Shown: positions 23,959-37,155 of the stretch, one piece after another
Numbering within the stretch: position 1 is the first letter of the stretch
How the letters are laid out: each line of letters opens with the position of its first letter
Source of the DNA: Cercozoa sp. M6MM
Lineage: Eukaryota > Protista > Endomyxa: Ascetosporea
Length of the DNA stretch: 47,138 bases
NCBI GenBank assembly: GCA_040357565.1
Contig: JBDODJ010000083.1
Reading direction: 5' to 3' (one strand)
The notes under the pieces: model-generated
Seen by the model: only the letters and a program-made list of their open reading frames with translations
Databases searched by the model: none
What the model was told of the DNA's origin: nothing
Made by a program: the position numbers and the translations under genes

Positions 23959-24389
23959 TTCCATGGAGAGAGACGGGAAGGATGAGCATCCTGCGTAGTC
24001 GAGACACGACAGCAGCACCGACGACAATTTCGCCCCACGAAGACTGAATAGCAACTAGATTCAAGTTACGTTAATATGCATCTCATGTCCTCCAAGGGTT
24101 CTACTGGAGCTACGGGACCGTAGCATAGTATTGTTGATTTACGAAAGTCAGGGGTAAGTCTTATCCGATAGCGTACAGGTAAGCTTCGGTTGCCTGAATG
24201 CAGTCGACGGAACGCGACGTAACCACCTGAACGATCAGAGTCCCACTGAAATCAACGCAAATACTCCCAGCTAGTTGGTTTAAACCAACTATGTAGCGTA
24301 GTTCCCCTGCGCTGCACCGTCTCGTCTGGGGCCGGCATGGTGGGTCACAAGAAATTGCTACTCGAATGATGAATGGAAAGGAACTGAGT

Positions 24390-27300
24390 TTAAACGTCGC
24401 AGCTAGCCTGGCGCCGCCTCCGCTTGGATCTACGCAACGGCACGCCGTCGTCGCTGCTGTCACCGTCACGGTCACATGCATCGTTTCCGTCCTCTTCAAA
24501 GCTGGGGTGTTCTTGCTTGACGTCCTGCGTGCGCAGCCGCTTTTTACGTGCCTGACTTCGCGTCACTCTACCGGTCGTGACAACTGCTTCTTGCTCTTGT
24601 TTCACCTCCTCTTGCTTGAGCGAAAACGCTGCCTTTTCTTCAGCAGAGAACTCATCTGCAAATTCGTTTAGAAGTGATAAAAACACAATCTAAACAAGCC
24701 AAACAACCGTACCGTCAGATACTGGCTCCTGCTCGGCAAGGATTGACTTGATTGTCTTTTTTCTCACGTTCTTTCGTTGTTTCTTTGGCTGGTGCATACG
24801 CTGCTGCTGCTTGGTCTTTCTTCTGCAAAAGCAATTGTAAGAAATGTTCAATCTTGGAAGACAGGCAAGGAGTGAGCGACAAGACAGTATACATGCTGCG
24901 CTGCTCGGCGGCGAGGTCGAAATCTTCGTCATCGTCAGCCATGTCGTCTTCTTCGTCGTCGTTGACAGGCTCTTGTTTCGAACTCGGTTCTTCTTCCTCG
25001 TTGTCGCTCGGGTCGTACTTGATGTAGCGCGTGATACGACGTGATCGACGCGGTTGCTGTCCACGCAAACAAGTGGTGTAATGAGTCATACACTTGGAAA
25101 TCACACTGCAAACAGACTGGCACACCTCTTCCGAGTCAACTTCCACCAGAGCGTGGGCCAAATCATCCTCTTCGACCTCCTCGCTGCTGAAGGAATCTTC
25201 TTCGCTCTCGGGAGCTTGCTTTTTCACCACAGGGGCGGCTTCAATAGCAGGCGGCTGCACCAACAAACGCAAATCTCGAGTATACAAGGGATTCGTTGTC
25301 AAAATACCTTCTTTTTGGTCGCCCTTTCTTTCTTCTTGCGTAGTGTTTGCGGGCCGTACTTTTGAGCGTACTGAAGACGACCAGAAATAAACAAAGTCGA
25401 AAGGAATTCTGAGTGTTTTACCAGACCCGAGACGGCTTGGACCTCTGTCTTCTTGGCCACTTGGATCCAACGCTTGCGGCACTCGTCTGTTGCACAAGAC
25501 GATGAGGTGTAAATAACAAACCAAGAGTACTTATAGATACCATCGGTGCGGTTGCCGAAATGACGTGCAATCTTGCTCCAGCCATGTTCGTACTTTTTCG
25601 CCAACTGCAGCAGCACCAACGTTTTTTGGACAAAGCGGCAAGTGTCGGTATTTTAACCTACTTCCAACAGTGTTTTGTCGTCGGCCTTTGACCAGCCGCG
25701 TCGCACTTTGCCTGCAACAATCCCATATTATATCGCGTATTTAAATCAGGTAGAGTAGTGTACCGAGACCAGGGTCAAGCACACTCGTGTAACGCTCTCG
25801 AATCCTACAAACACAATCAAAAAAGCACTGCCTCAAATGGCAGCAACCAAAGCAAAAGCATACTGAATATCGTTTCGAGTCGGCACGAAGGGAGCAATGT
25901 CACACCAAGCAAGTTTCTTGGTCTCGGCTTCTTCGGAACTTCCTGTGGTACAAAGGACAACTACAGCGGAAAGAGAAACCCGTCTTCTCAGTCAGTGGTA
26001 CGAACACAACGCGAAGCGAGAACGACGCGCAAATCTTCGTCAATGCTCCATGGACCGGTTTTGGGAGCCTATGTTTTTATGTGCATTCAAAATGATACAA
26101 CGCTTAGGCTTCAAAACTACCACATCAACGAGGCCTTTCTGGTGCGCCAGACGCAATTGTTGCGGTCGCAGGTACTTATACCATCGCGTCCAAACCTGTC
26201 TTGGCGTACGTCCCGGCACGTGTCTGCAATAGCGTCACCGTGTCAACTGTATCAATCTAAACCGAAAACGGGTGCGCACCGTGCAATGGCTTCAAAGTTG
26301 GTGTCGCCCTCACTGCGAGAGTACCAACGTAAAAGCAGACACAACTGAGAAATAAAACAAACCGATTAACAACTACAACAACGGCGGCATCCTCTTCTGG
26401 CGAAAACTTGCCCTGTCTGGCGGCCTTCTCTGCCCAAGCAGCGAAAGTAAAACCACAGCGTGTCATCGAGCAAAACAATACGTCGTTTCGTCCATTCTTT
26501 CAAACACGTGACAGGCGTTCTATGCACACGCACTTATAAATTTGTGGGAAAGCAGAACTTTAAAAAAGGTACCTGCCCGTGTTGAGTTCAGCAGCAATCA
26601 AGTCCCATTTGCCCTGCAAATGCACCATCTGAAGAAAACGAAAACGGAAAGCATGTGCTCAGGGTACGCAAGGGCCGTGTTCCTGCACCAGCTGGCTCAA
26701 CTTGTTCTTTTCCTGCGCACACGCGAGAATCCGGGGCCGCTACACTCTAAAACAAACCATTTACCTCCTTTGACCAGGCTGTGGCGGTGAGAGCTGCGTT
26801 CTTCGACAGTAACTCTGTTTGCTCTTGCAACTGACTGCAAAAAAGTCAATTCAAAACAAAAGAGGAACCACGTCAGAGCCACGTCACATCGCAAAAAAGT
26901 TGTACCGTTTCTGCTGACGTCGTTTCCGCGATGCAACGGCAGATTTGGACTGTGATAGAGCGGTTGTTTCTTTTGCTTTTGTGACTTTTTTCTTCCGCAC
27001 GGAAGTTTTTTTGACTGCGTTTAAAAGAAAAATCAAACAACTTTTAAAATGTAGAACACGCAACAACTATACCTTTAACAGTGGCACTGGGGGCGAGGGC
27101 CAGGTGCTTGCGTTCGTGGTGCAGCCACCTGAATTGTTTTGCAGTGAGATCACTCCGTGACGGGATGAGAGCAAAACGAGAAAACTACCGTCGGCGACAC
27201 TCGTCGTGACCTCGGCCGACATCGCGTGCCACCATGCGCCAGTCGATGCCGCCATCTTCAATTGAACCAGACAAGGCGAGTTTCTCTGCCTGATCATCTT

Positions 27301-28534
27301 GCTCTGGATTTTGGAAATGCAAGTTGAGATGAGAGAGACGGCCAGACAAGAGACATGAGAGAGTGCTCACCTGGATCGTCACGTCGTTGTTCGAACCGTT
27401 GGGTAGCTGCCGTGCGCATCACTTCGACTCGTTCCTTCTGCAGCACACAGTTTCAAATTCGTTAAGAATAGCAGGAAACAAGGATAAAAAGAAAATCACC
27501 AATGACAGTGGGTCGCCCGGGTCAGAGTTACGCACGTCCTCTGGAGCGTCCTCGGCCTGTGAACAAGGTTATAATTTCCCCAGGGAGAATATAAACTCAA
27601 GAGAACGCACGAACTGGCCGTGTTCGAGCAGGTGCTGCAGGGCGTCTTGATCGCGTTGAAGTCGCGCTGCGTTTCGCTCGTCGCGCAGTCGGCGTTCTTC
27701 CTCTGTTCAATACAGACCAACTTATCTATATGTATATATATATATATCCTAATATCATAGATATTGATAGATAGATCGACTGGAAGGTACCTAGAACAGC
27801 CTTGCGCAGGTGAAGTCGCTGCTCCAACGGCCAGGCAACTTCCTGCACTCAATGAAATTAATTTAAGCGAGTGTTTAATTTTCAGTCGAGTCGACAAGAT
27901 TTACATCTCGGCTCAGGTGCGGCCGCAACGGGAAACGAATGTCGAACAGTCGCCTGTTAGAGATCGATATTAATAGCAACACCCTCCCTCTTAATGTAGA
28001 CACTACCGATTGCGTTCTTGAGTGTCAGCGTTGCGAAGCTTCGGGAAGAACGGTTCCGCCATCACTCGGGCCGCCGTCAGCGGCTGCGTCTCGTGCGTCA
28101 CCGGTGCATTGCCACTGCAGACCATCCGCGCGCACACACACACAGATAGATACCGACTTTGCACACAGATATGTGACACATGGCACCTCATGCGTTTGAT
28201 TGACATGGCATGACCCTTGCGTTTCTCATGTTCTTCTTTCCTAAGACAAACAGTCAAAAACCCTAGGTTTAAACTCTTGACTCAACTCACACGGTTCTCA
28301 TAAGACAAAACTCACTCTTGTCGCTGCTTCTCGGCCTCGTCCAAAATGCCGCGAATCTTCCGCAGCTCTTCCTGTCGCTCCGCGCGTCGCTGCTCCACTT
28401 GTTCTAGCTGCTCACGCAGACGCTCCGCGAAACGCTACAGACCGGAAGTGGCGAAATTCACAAAAGCAACAAAAAGCAAAACTTACCTCGTTGGCCAGAA
28501 TCAGGCTATTCAGCTTCGCCGGCGAAACCGACAT
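24390..28534 (-). CDS. SNAPC4: Multi-Myb-repeat protein, SNAPC4/SNAP190-like (snRNA-activating complex)
   Basis: N-terminal coiled coil (LNSLILANERFAERLREQLEQVEQRRAERQEEL), then WPLEQRLHLRKAV, a half repeat (IDWRMVARDVGRGHDECRRR), and four Myb repeats: KWDLIAAELNTGRTPVTCLKEW; GKFSPEEDA..FEAIARHVPGRTPRQVWTRW; GPWSIDEDL..WCDIAPFVPTRNDIQIRERY; GWSKADDKTLLELAKKYEHGWSKIARHFGNRTDDECRKRW. This is the 4.5-repeat SNAPC4 arrangement, followed by an acidic/basic tail. Confidence 0.75.
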
Positions 28535-28680
28535 GAGCGACGCACTTAAATGTCTTGAAATCCCCCCAGGCGCGCTCCAACACACGTTATCGCGAGGCAG
28601 ATTGACACAGTCTGACTAGTGGCTACAACATGAGATTTCGACTTTTTCAGAGAGTTTTAGCGTAAAGTTAGAGCGCTAGC

Positions 28681-31600
28681 ATGTCTCTGAGCGCGTATTC
28701 GGTGCTGGTAGACGTATCGCGGCGTCTTGGTCTGTTCGGCGATCGTGCGTGCGATGCTTTGGCAGTAGAGTTGGTGTCGCTGTTGCCCGGAGCGCTGGCC
28801 GAGGTGCATGCGACGGGCGTGGTGTCGTTCCGATCGAAGCACGCGACTGCTACACTGCGAACGGCGCTTCGTCGCGTTCGTGCAACTGACGAAAAACGCA
28901 TCCGCGCGGAAGGATCCGACATCCGCGCGGACGTGCGTGCCGCCGAGTTTTGCGCGCTCGTGCTGCTGCAGCGCATCGTGCGTTTTCTGCTGTCGATTTG
29001 ATCTGTCGAGTTGATTTTTTGGTATTTATGTGCATCCAGGCGGAGGAACAAGTGGGCCGGCATCACCCGGGCTGCGCACGTGCGCTCTTCCGCCTGTGCA
29101 TTTTGACAGTGCCCGAGACACGCCGACTGGCGCTGCTGCGAGACTGCGCAGTGCGCTACCTCGCCTTGTGTCACTTGGACTGTATCTTTACTGTCTTAAG
29201 TTTGTGTGCTAATGCCTATCTACAGATAAGTATATACATTTAAAAAAAAGTATATATATATATTGTGTGTGAATATCAATAACATCGTATGAGCGATTTA
29301 GTGGAACGCTACGAGGCCGATGTGAAGCAGTTCGAGAATCCGTTGGTATGTCGAGTCATTGGTCTGTGGGATGGATACATCAAGAGATGTACTGGAGTAG
29401 CACAACTTTATGCCGGAACGACCGCGTGATGTGACGTCGTTGTTGCAGTTCTTGCAGTCTCTTCTCGAGGAGGGTACTGTATTAGGACTGGGTTAGACTC
29501 ATTCAGGGACTTGGTCTGGAAAGCTTTTTCCTCTTTAGGTACCAAGAAGAGTGCTGAAAGGCAGGTGCTGCTCGACTCGCGTGGCGTGCAAGTTGAGTCA
29601 CTGGCGAATCTGACAAAACTTGCACTGTGTGACGGTGTGACTACCACGACGGCTCCGGATGATCCCGTAGTCCAGGCACTGGTCAGTGATGACGTTTCTC
29701 TGCTCGGTACATTACCTTTACTGACTCAGATGGCACGTGGATATTTTCTTGTATTTGTTGCAGATGATACTGGAGGCAGTGGCCACCTCGAGTCGGACGC
29801 CTTCGCGACTGCGCTCGACAAGTGCACGCCTGCGCAACTGCTCGCAGCTCTCCTGTCGCACTTGTTGCCTCCGGTGCTTTTCTTTCAGTTTGCACTCTTC
29901 ACTTATTCTCCTGTCAATTTAAGCTGTCTTCTGGTTTTGAAGGTGAACAAAGCCTCCACTTTCCTGAAACTGGACGTTCGTGCTCATGCCATTGCGCGAC
30001 GTTGGTATCTTGATAAAACGTACTAGAACTCTGCACTGTTTTATTCTTTGTGCTTTTGTTCAGGCGTCAATCAAAGCGTTTCTTCACGCCTGAGCAGGTT
30101 TTTGAGTCTTAGGGTACTTGGAGTGTCTTTATACTTGCTACAACAGGCGAAGCAAGTGTCAGCTCGTGCACTTGAGATTTTGGCTTTTCTGCGTCCGCGT
30201 GGAAATGCCAGATTTGTCTGGGTCTTCGACGATGCGTCCGAGGTGCTGCTGCTTGACTCTTGATCATCTAAAGTGATTGCATGTCTCCACATAGATTGAA
30301 GTCAATCTGGGCGTGATCCACCTGTCACTTGAGGCTTTGCTTCTGGCGGAGAATTTCAATTGTGTAACTTCGACTCATTTTGCTTTCTGCTTTGCCCTTT
30401 AATGACTGGAACGGGTGGATACAGGACGAAAACTTGGTTTCTGTGCTCGAGGCGCTTTCGGTGAACTCCTGGGGCATTCTGAGACGTCTGTCGGTGCAGG
30501 TAAAGCTATCTCTTGCCCTCTTTGAGTCCTGGTAATATAATTTGTTTGGTTTTTAGTTGCTGAAACGCTCTGGCGTAGTTTGCGTCAGCAAGAGCATTAA
30601 ACGTGTCTGTGCTGTTGATTCGTTCGCCAGCGTACTGTTCAGTTCTTTTGCACTCGTTGGGATCTTCAAACCGATGGTATGCAGGATGACCACGCTGAAG
30701 AAGCGCAGGACTTGCTTTCTCTGTACCGTTTAACAGTAAAACGAAAGATTGGGAACTTGGGTTGACACGTTTTGAAACAGTTTGGTGCGCGAAGATGTTG
30801 AAACAGTTCTGTCGTTTTTGCGCGAGTTCTTTGAGATTTCGAACGATGCTCCGGCTCACCTGTGGTACCCTTGCATTCATAGAGCTTCCTTTTGCATATT
30901 GAATGTGTGGATAGGCACGAAATTTTGTGGCAACGCGACACAGAGACGGCTTCGTTGTCGTCGATGCGTCTTTTGCTGTTGCTGTTCAATGCGCTAGTCG
31001 ACACCAATTGGTTTGCCCTGTTTTTTTCAATCAATAATAGGCATACTGGACGAACGTTCTGCAGGCACGTGGACGAGGTGTATGGAGCATGTAGCCAGAT
31101 TGCGCGTGAGTGTCGTCGTCGTGTCACCACTCGTTTCGGCGTGCATCGGTATTCTCATTCTTTGCAGCTGTCAAGATTTGCAATGTTTGCGTTTGCGCAG
31201 AGAATCGCGTGCGACGCAGCTGTGGCAGTGTGCTGCTCTCGCACTCGACATTGCGTACCATGTCCCGTATTTGGACACGATTGTCCTTTCTCATTGGTGC
31301 GTGCGTTGCTTAGTGTCAAGGCGCAGAAGAAAACAAACGCGTCGAGCGAGCCACTGGCGAATTTGTTGTGCGATATGGTGGCTCTGCCTGGATCGTCGCA
31401 GGTCGTGCAGTTCGAGGTAGTGATGCTTTTCCCCTGTCTCTGTACAGCAACGCATGTGATGTGCTCTGACAGAGCGATGGCGATGCGTGTGCCATCTTGG
31501 ACAGTGTTGTGCGCAGCATGGTTTCCATCAGTGGTACTATTTGTCGACTAATGTACGTTTTAGACACATAAGCATGCTCGCAGGTCTGGAGGAAGCAATG

Positions 31601-32790
31601 CAGGTGATGAAGCAACGTGTGTTGGGTGCCACGAAAGTGGCCACTCACTCTTCTGACTCCTACGTGCACAAGCAGCATCACCGTGTCACCCGGCAGACGT
31701 ACTTCGTTTCGCTCTGTCCGTATGTGTACAGCAAGTCAGTTCCTGTAGTGTGCCCACGATCTTAACGCACTTGCTGGCGGCAGCGCTGACCTGCAAGCGA
31801 ACCGACTTTGTTCAGCAGTACAAGACTTTCTATTTGCGTGCGTTGATGTTTTGTTTAGTTCTACTTACGATCAAATAGGGTGTTTGCGCAAATCCGTGCT
31901 CTGTTGGACGATGCTGTATCGTACCGTGTGGCACTTCTCCTCGTCGAACGTCTGCTGCGTCATGTACACTTTAAAACACGTCACTTGAAGGAGGAACACA
32001 GAGAATTGCGATTGTGTAGCCCTCGGTGGCGCCAGAAGTGCTGCAGCAGCCGTTCGTCCGAACAATGATGCGTCGATTCGCCTTCTGTCTCGAAGAGTGC
32101 TCCTTGATATTTGTATCAGCCAGTTCCCTACTCGTTCACGTTGTTTTTCTGACGGATTTAGGGAGGTGCAGTGGGATTTCGTGCTGCGCAACGCGTCGCT
32201 CAGTTTCGCTGCCACCGTTATCAAACGTCTGTCGCTCGAAATCGCTGGTCGCTCCCAGGTAGTCTCTTCCTTTATCCAGCTTTAACGTCTATAGACTCAT
32301 TCCTTTACAGGAGGAGTTGCTGCACAATGTTGAGTGTCCGTCGGAACTGGAGCGCCGTTCGCCGTCCAAGTTCGAGAAGTTTACGCGCCAGCAGTCACTG
32401 GACGACGTCGTTGTCGGCATCCTTGAGGACGCACGTGTCACATTAGAAGCCCAATTCGAGCGACAGTCACTCAGTGGTCATTCCGCGATCAACCAGCACT
32501 CTGTGCTCTGTGCGTGTGCCGTCTTCGCTGCGGCGCCCACTCTGTGCCGCACGCCGCAACTGCTCGACATGCGGTATGTTCTGGCGCGTGCTTTCTATAC
32601 TCGTATGTTCAACCCTTCGTAGACGCAAGTTTGCTGACAAGATGCGTCAGTTCGCGGGTACACTGCTCCGACACACGTCTCTGCTGTTCATATCCTTTGT
32701 GCCTTCTGGGCAGGAGAGGCTGATGACCGCAGCGAGCAGCTCAAATGCTTGCAGCTTGTGCGTCGTCTTCAGCCCGAGTCCTGTCAATAG
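28681..32790 (+). CDS. Large Leu/Ala-rich helical (possibly ARM/HEAT-like) hypothetical protein
   Basis: Starts MSLSAYSVLVDVSRRLG. Many GT-AG-bounded exons encode amphipathic helices (e.g. VFAQIRALLDDAVSYRVALLLVERLL, EVQWDFVLRNASLSFAATVIKRLSLE). The last exon ends ...LQLVRRLQPESCQ* at TAG 32788-32790. No family recognised. Confidence 0.55.
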
Positions 32791-33136
32791 TGAACGGAAT
32801 CGGAGGCTGCAGCCTCGCCTCGCGTGTATCAGTTCGACGTTCGCGTTGATGGATCCAATTGCTAAGAACATCCACGTTAGTCTTAATTTACTTGCGTTGT
32901 AGCGTGCTGTCCGTGCGATGTTGATCCCGCGTCCTTTAGTAATTCGGGCTTTCGTTTGGCAGTGCAAAAAGAGTGCTATGCCAGCTACGCTACACAAGCG
33001 TAAATCCCAATTTCACTTCGGTCAAGGTCGACGTCAGTCAACCGGCCGGAGTCCACTACCACTCTGCCAGTCGCGCGATCCCCAGTTGTACCACGTCACG
33101 CTGTGGCCTAGCTCCGTCCAGCTAAAGTCAGCCGCC

Positions 33137-34352
33137 TCAGATCGAAATGGCAGCCACCGCGCTCGCAGCTTTCTCGATGTCCTGCACGCAATTTAAGCAT
33201 ATGGCACTCAATTGAGAGGGTAATAACGTTACACTCACTGACGGTGCATGTGCTTGTTTCCTCTCTGGTTTGCGCGAGTACTTTTGCTTTCTTTTGTTGC
33301 GTTTACCATGGTGTTGGTTGTGATACTGTCCGACCGGATCGTTGTCGCTTTCATTGTCAGTGTCCCAGTCAGAGATGTCACCGTTCACCTCTTGTTCAAT
33401 CAGTGTCTCGATGCAGTCATCAATGTCGTTGTTGCATTCAAGAAGAAGGCGCTTCACATGAGAAACGCTGCGACAAGATGGAACGAACTGCATGACGTGC
33501 TCCACGTGCTGACGCAGTTGTCGCTCATCGCGGCACAGGAAGGGACCGATCGGAATCGGCGCCGCTCGGCGCTCTTTCGTGTCAGTTGCGTCACTCAGTA
33601 GTCGCACGCTCGCGTAGTGCTCGTTGTCCACTGCCACCACATCGTTCAGACAGCGCAGGCTAGATGCTGGAGAGGTACCGAAAAGAAGATGTGCTGTGTT
33701 CTCAGCTGTTCGCGGGATTGTCGGGTGCCATACGCAACTGCAGCAACCAGTTTTGATCAGACACACACAAACAATAAAAATTGAAATGATACAAGCGAGG
33801 TTGCGGGTGTTCCTGGTGCACGATAATGTGAACTTGGCACGCGAGCGAAAGCGCGCGTATCTCCAAATTGCCCGCCCAGACCCCTTGACGCGCCAGTCTG
33901 TTCACTACAAAAAGCAACCGCCAAAATAAATGTGATACGGCTGAAACAACACATCCAAGCAAAAGCACACCGTAGACATCGTATTCCTCGTCGAACACGA
34001 ACGGTCGAAATTCATCTGGATTGTCTCGCAAGTATTGCACGCATCTGTATCGAAAAAAGGTCGTCACAACTCGATCAAGTCAAAGCAAAAAAGCTCAAGC
34101 TACAGAGCGCGAAAGTGGGCATGTCGCTCGCTGTGATTGCAGAGCTGATCTGCCACGCTGCGGAAGAGGCAGTTGCCGTCTGCAGCAATGTCACGAACCT
34201 GTAGTCCAAGTTTTTCGAGGTCCGCGCGGATGCTTGCTCGAGTTACTGCTGTGTCGGAAGGAAAAACAAAACCATCGATCTCCACATAAGGAAAGAAAAT
34301 AAACACGCTTACAAGCACTTTTCGGCTTCTTCTTGCCTTTACGCTTGCCCAT
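33137..34352 (-). CDS. OTUD3: OTU-domain deubiquitinase, OTUD3-like, with a UBA-like domain
   Basis: MGKRKGKKKPK..LGLQVRDIAADGNCLFRSVADQL (Cys box)..NPDEFRPFV..WAGNLEIRALS..NEHYASVR (His box), then VEHVMQFVPSCRSVSHVKRLLLECNNDIDDCIETLI (UBA-like) and a basic tail. Confidence 0.85.
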
Positions 34353-34464
34353 GAGGCAGCCAATGCATTAACACACCTTCACACCCCTCTATTAATCTAA
34401 AAAAACGATGTTGATGCGAAAATTAAGAAAACTATCGGAAACGCGGCTGGCTGAACCATGGACA

Positions 34465-36813
34465 TTAGGCGTTATCGCGAGGGTCGACCAATGGAGGCAC
34501 CACCACGGCTACCTCTTGTGCAAGTGTGAAGCACTCAAAAACGACCTCGCCGGCAGCGTTGCGATGCTGCACGGTCGCAGTGCCTTTGACGCCGATGGAT
34601 GGGCGCGTGGGCGTGAGTTCTGGAGGATCGAGCCACTGGAGTTCAAGTTGCAACTCTGTCGAAGTCGCACGTGATACTGTGGCCTTTAACCACGGCACGT
34701 CGAACTGTACAACTGAGTGGGGAGGATTAAGTCAAGCGATAAACGCTTCAGGTAAACTGTACCATTGAGCTCGCTGTCTTCGGGTAGTGCGGCAGCATGA
34801 GGAATGAAGTTGGTGCCTTTGAGCGACAGAGCGTCGGACAGCTGTGGCAGAACGGCGCTGAGGTCTTTGCGTGGCTCAAGGGTGACTGCAGCAGTGTCAG
34901 GACACTCGCCCTGCGGACTCTCATCCTCACAAGGACGGTCTTGTGTTCGGTCGAAGCACCGTCCTCCGTTCTGTGCCGGAATCAGCACCTGTCGTGTGCG
35001 AGTCTGCACTCGACGATTGCGACCGTCAAAAGCGGTGTGACAGGTGTCGAACTCGGACCACTCGCTCATTGCGCAAGCGCATCGAGCGTCGGCAGGGAAG
35101 TCACTCCCACGCATGTCTGGAGGAACTCGCGCCCACTGCGACCAGTCCTGCAGCGGACAGGAAAAGTCATTGCCTGCCAGCAATGCCACCTGCAGGTTGC
35201 TCAGTCCTGAAAGGTTGGGCAGTCTGCCGCCTAGTCGATTGTTCTGTGCCGTCAGGTATCGCAGCTGTGTTGAATTGGCGAGTGATTGCGGTAGCTCGCC
35301 CGTGAGATTGTTGCTGTCGACACCAAACACTCGAAGCTCCGGTAAAGCTCCGAAAATGCTCCCATCCTAGCCTAAAGATACAACTCAACGATACCAACAC
35401 TCAAAGTCTAATGCACCAGCTCTCCTTGTAGCAGGTTTTCGCCTACATCGAGGATGGAGATGTTGGCGAATTCTGCCACCCGTGCGGAAGGAAAGTCGCC
35501 TGAGAATCTGTTTGACCCGAGAGTGAGCACGCGCATGTCGTCACTCCCGAAACGACGAGGCAACACGCCGTTGAATTCATTCATGTCGAGACGAAGTACC
35601 CTCCCTGCGGGTACAGCAGCGTCTGGTATCTCGCCGCGCAGACGGTTCGCGGAGAGTTCGAGTGTTTCCAGCAGCGGGAGTCTCCACAACGAGACCGGCA
35701 CCACACCAACCAGTTCATTGAAGGACAAGGAGAACACGCGTAGGCACTCGCAGTCGCCTGCTCCGGGTGGTATTCTTCCGGTCAAGAAATTGACCTGAGA
35801 AATTAAACAGAGTCTTCGTTTTTTAATGTAAATTTAAAACATATAAATTAAGTTTACATATGTTAAACATGGTACCGGCATTAGCACTTCCTCCACTGCT
35901 GAGAGAACATTCATATCTGCAGGCAATGTCCCTCGCAGACTGTTGTTGCCCAAGAAGATACGGCGGACTTGTCCACTCAGCTGCTCAGCATCTTTGTAAA
36001 GTTACTGTGCCTCCGCCTTATCCATGAAGCGGATGTACTGGGTGTGTGTCGGGGTAACAGATGACGCCGTGCTGATCGCACAGGGTTCCATTTCGTTCGA
36101 ACACTGTCAGATCCCAAGAGGAGTTCCACTGTGCTCCGCGTGTTGCCTCGAACATGTCGACAAGCCTGGGGGATTTGTATCGTAGAAGAGAAAACAATTT
36201 CGGCACACAAGAACTATACCATTCCTGCTCGAGGCGAATTCGTTCCTGCCTCGGCATCGCTGAGATCGGGTTTGTCATCGGCATACAAGCACCAGCAGGG
36301 AACTGAAGATAAATGAAATATACCAAGTCTGCCTCAACGTCCCGACGCATGATTCGAAATGCCTCTCGCACATCGTCTGCGTTGAGAGCCTCAAGCGTCG
36401 GTAGCATTGACTGGGCTCGCATGTGGCGAAGCTAAACATGGGTCACATTAATAGGACATAATCTACAAAATACTGCACAACAAGTGGGCAACAGACGGCA
36501 TCTACAGTACCTTAGCAGCACTGTGGAGATTTCGGTGTCTGCCGGGCAAATCGTCCACATGTCCGTCAGTTTCGGCATTTGACCTCCTCCTGCAGAGCTT
36601 GCAGTTAATTGAAGCGTCAGTTCTTTGTAGCTAGAGTTGAAACGCACTGTTATAATTAACATACCTGAGAGCACCAGAACCACGCTCAGAGCTCTCCCAT
36701 CGGGCCTGCAGCCGCTGCATTTTCGCACGATGCCGCTCGATGAGAGACCCGATTTGGCCAGCTGTTGCGCACCATTCGAGCATCACTACTACCACTAAAA
36801 TCTGCAGCAACAT
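34465..36813 (-). CDS. Secreted plant-type leucine-rich-repeat protein with a thrombospondin type-1 (spondin-like) domain
   Basis: Signal peptide MLLQILVVVVMLEWCATAG. LRRNT-like W..SW..C.QHGVIC cap. LRRs such as LSFNELVGVVP, LSANRLRGEIP, VDSNNLTGELP and AQNNRLGGRLP. TSP1 CAMSEWSEFDTC..QTRTRQVLIPAQNGGRC..QDRPC. A final spliced exon runs to the stop at 34465. No TM seen. Confidence 0.85.
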
Positions 36814-37155
36814 TCAACTGCTCTGGTATCCTTTTTAGCCCCACAATCATCTCATTTAATCAGTCAACACAAACTGAAAACTGAAAAAGAATCAGCGTTT
36901 CGCTTGAAATACAAAAAATCACTCACTCACCACTTGCAACTTTACTTCCAGTCCAGGAGGGCACCTCACAAATGCGCCAGCGCTGTAGACTTCCACTTAC
37001 TGAGGTGCGCTTTTTTGTTTCCAGCGTCCCGCTATTACACCGTTAAAAAGTTCGAAATGAAACCGACTGACTTGACCGATTGTAACAGGACGCGAACGAG
37101 CGACTTCGCCAAAGCTGGCAGGTTTGGTAAATTGTTTTCTCTAATCACGCCAGTG

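Noticed and set aside
25758-26348. Plus-strand 196-aa ORF
   Set aside because: It is antisense to the SNAPC4-like Myb exons and has no recognisable features.
32160-32260. QWDFV motif reminiscent of listerin/LTN1
   Set aside because: The match is too short, and no C-terminal RWD/RING domain precedes the stop at 32790.
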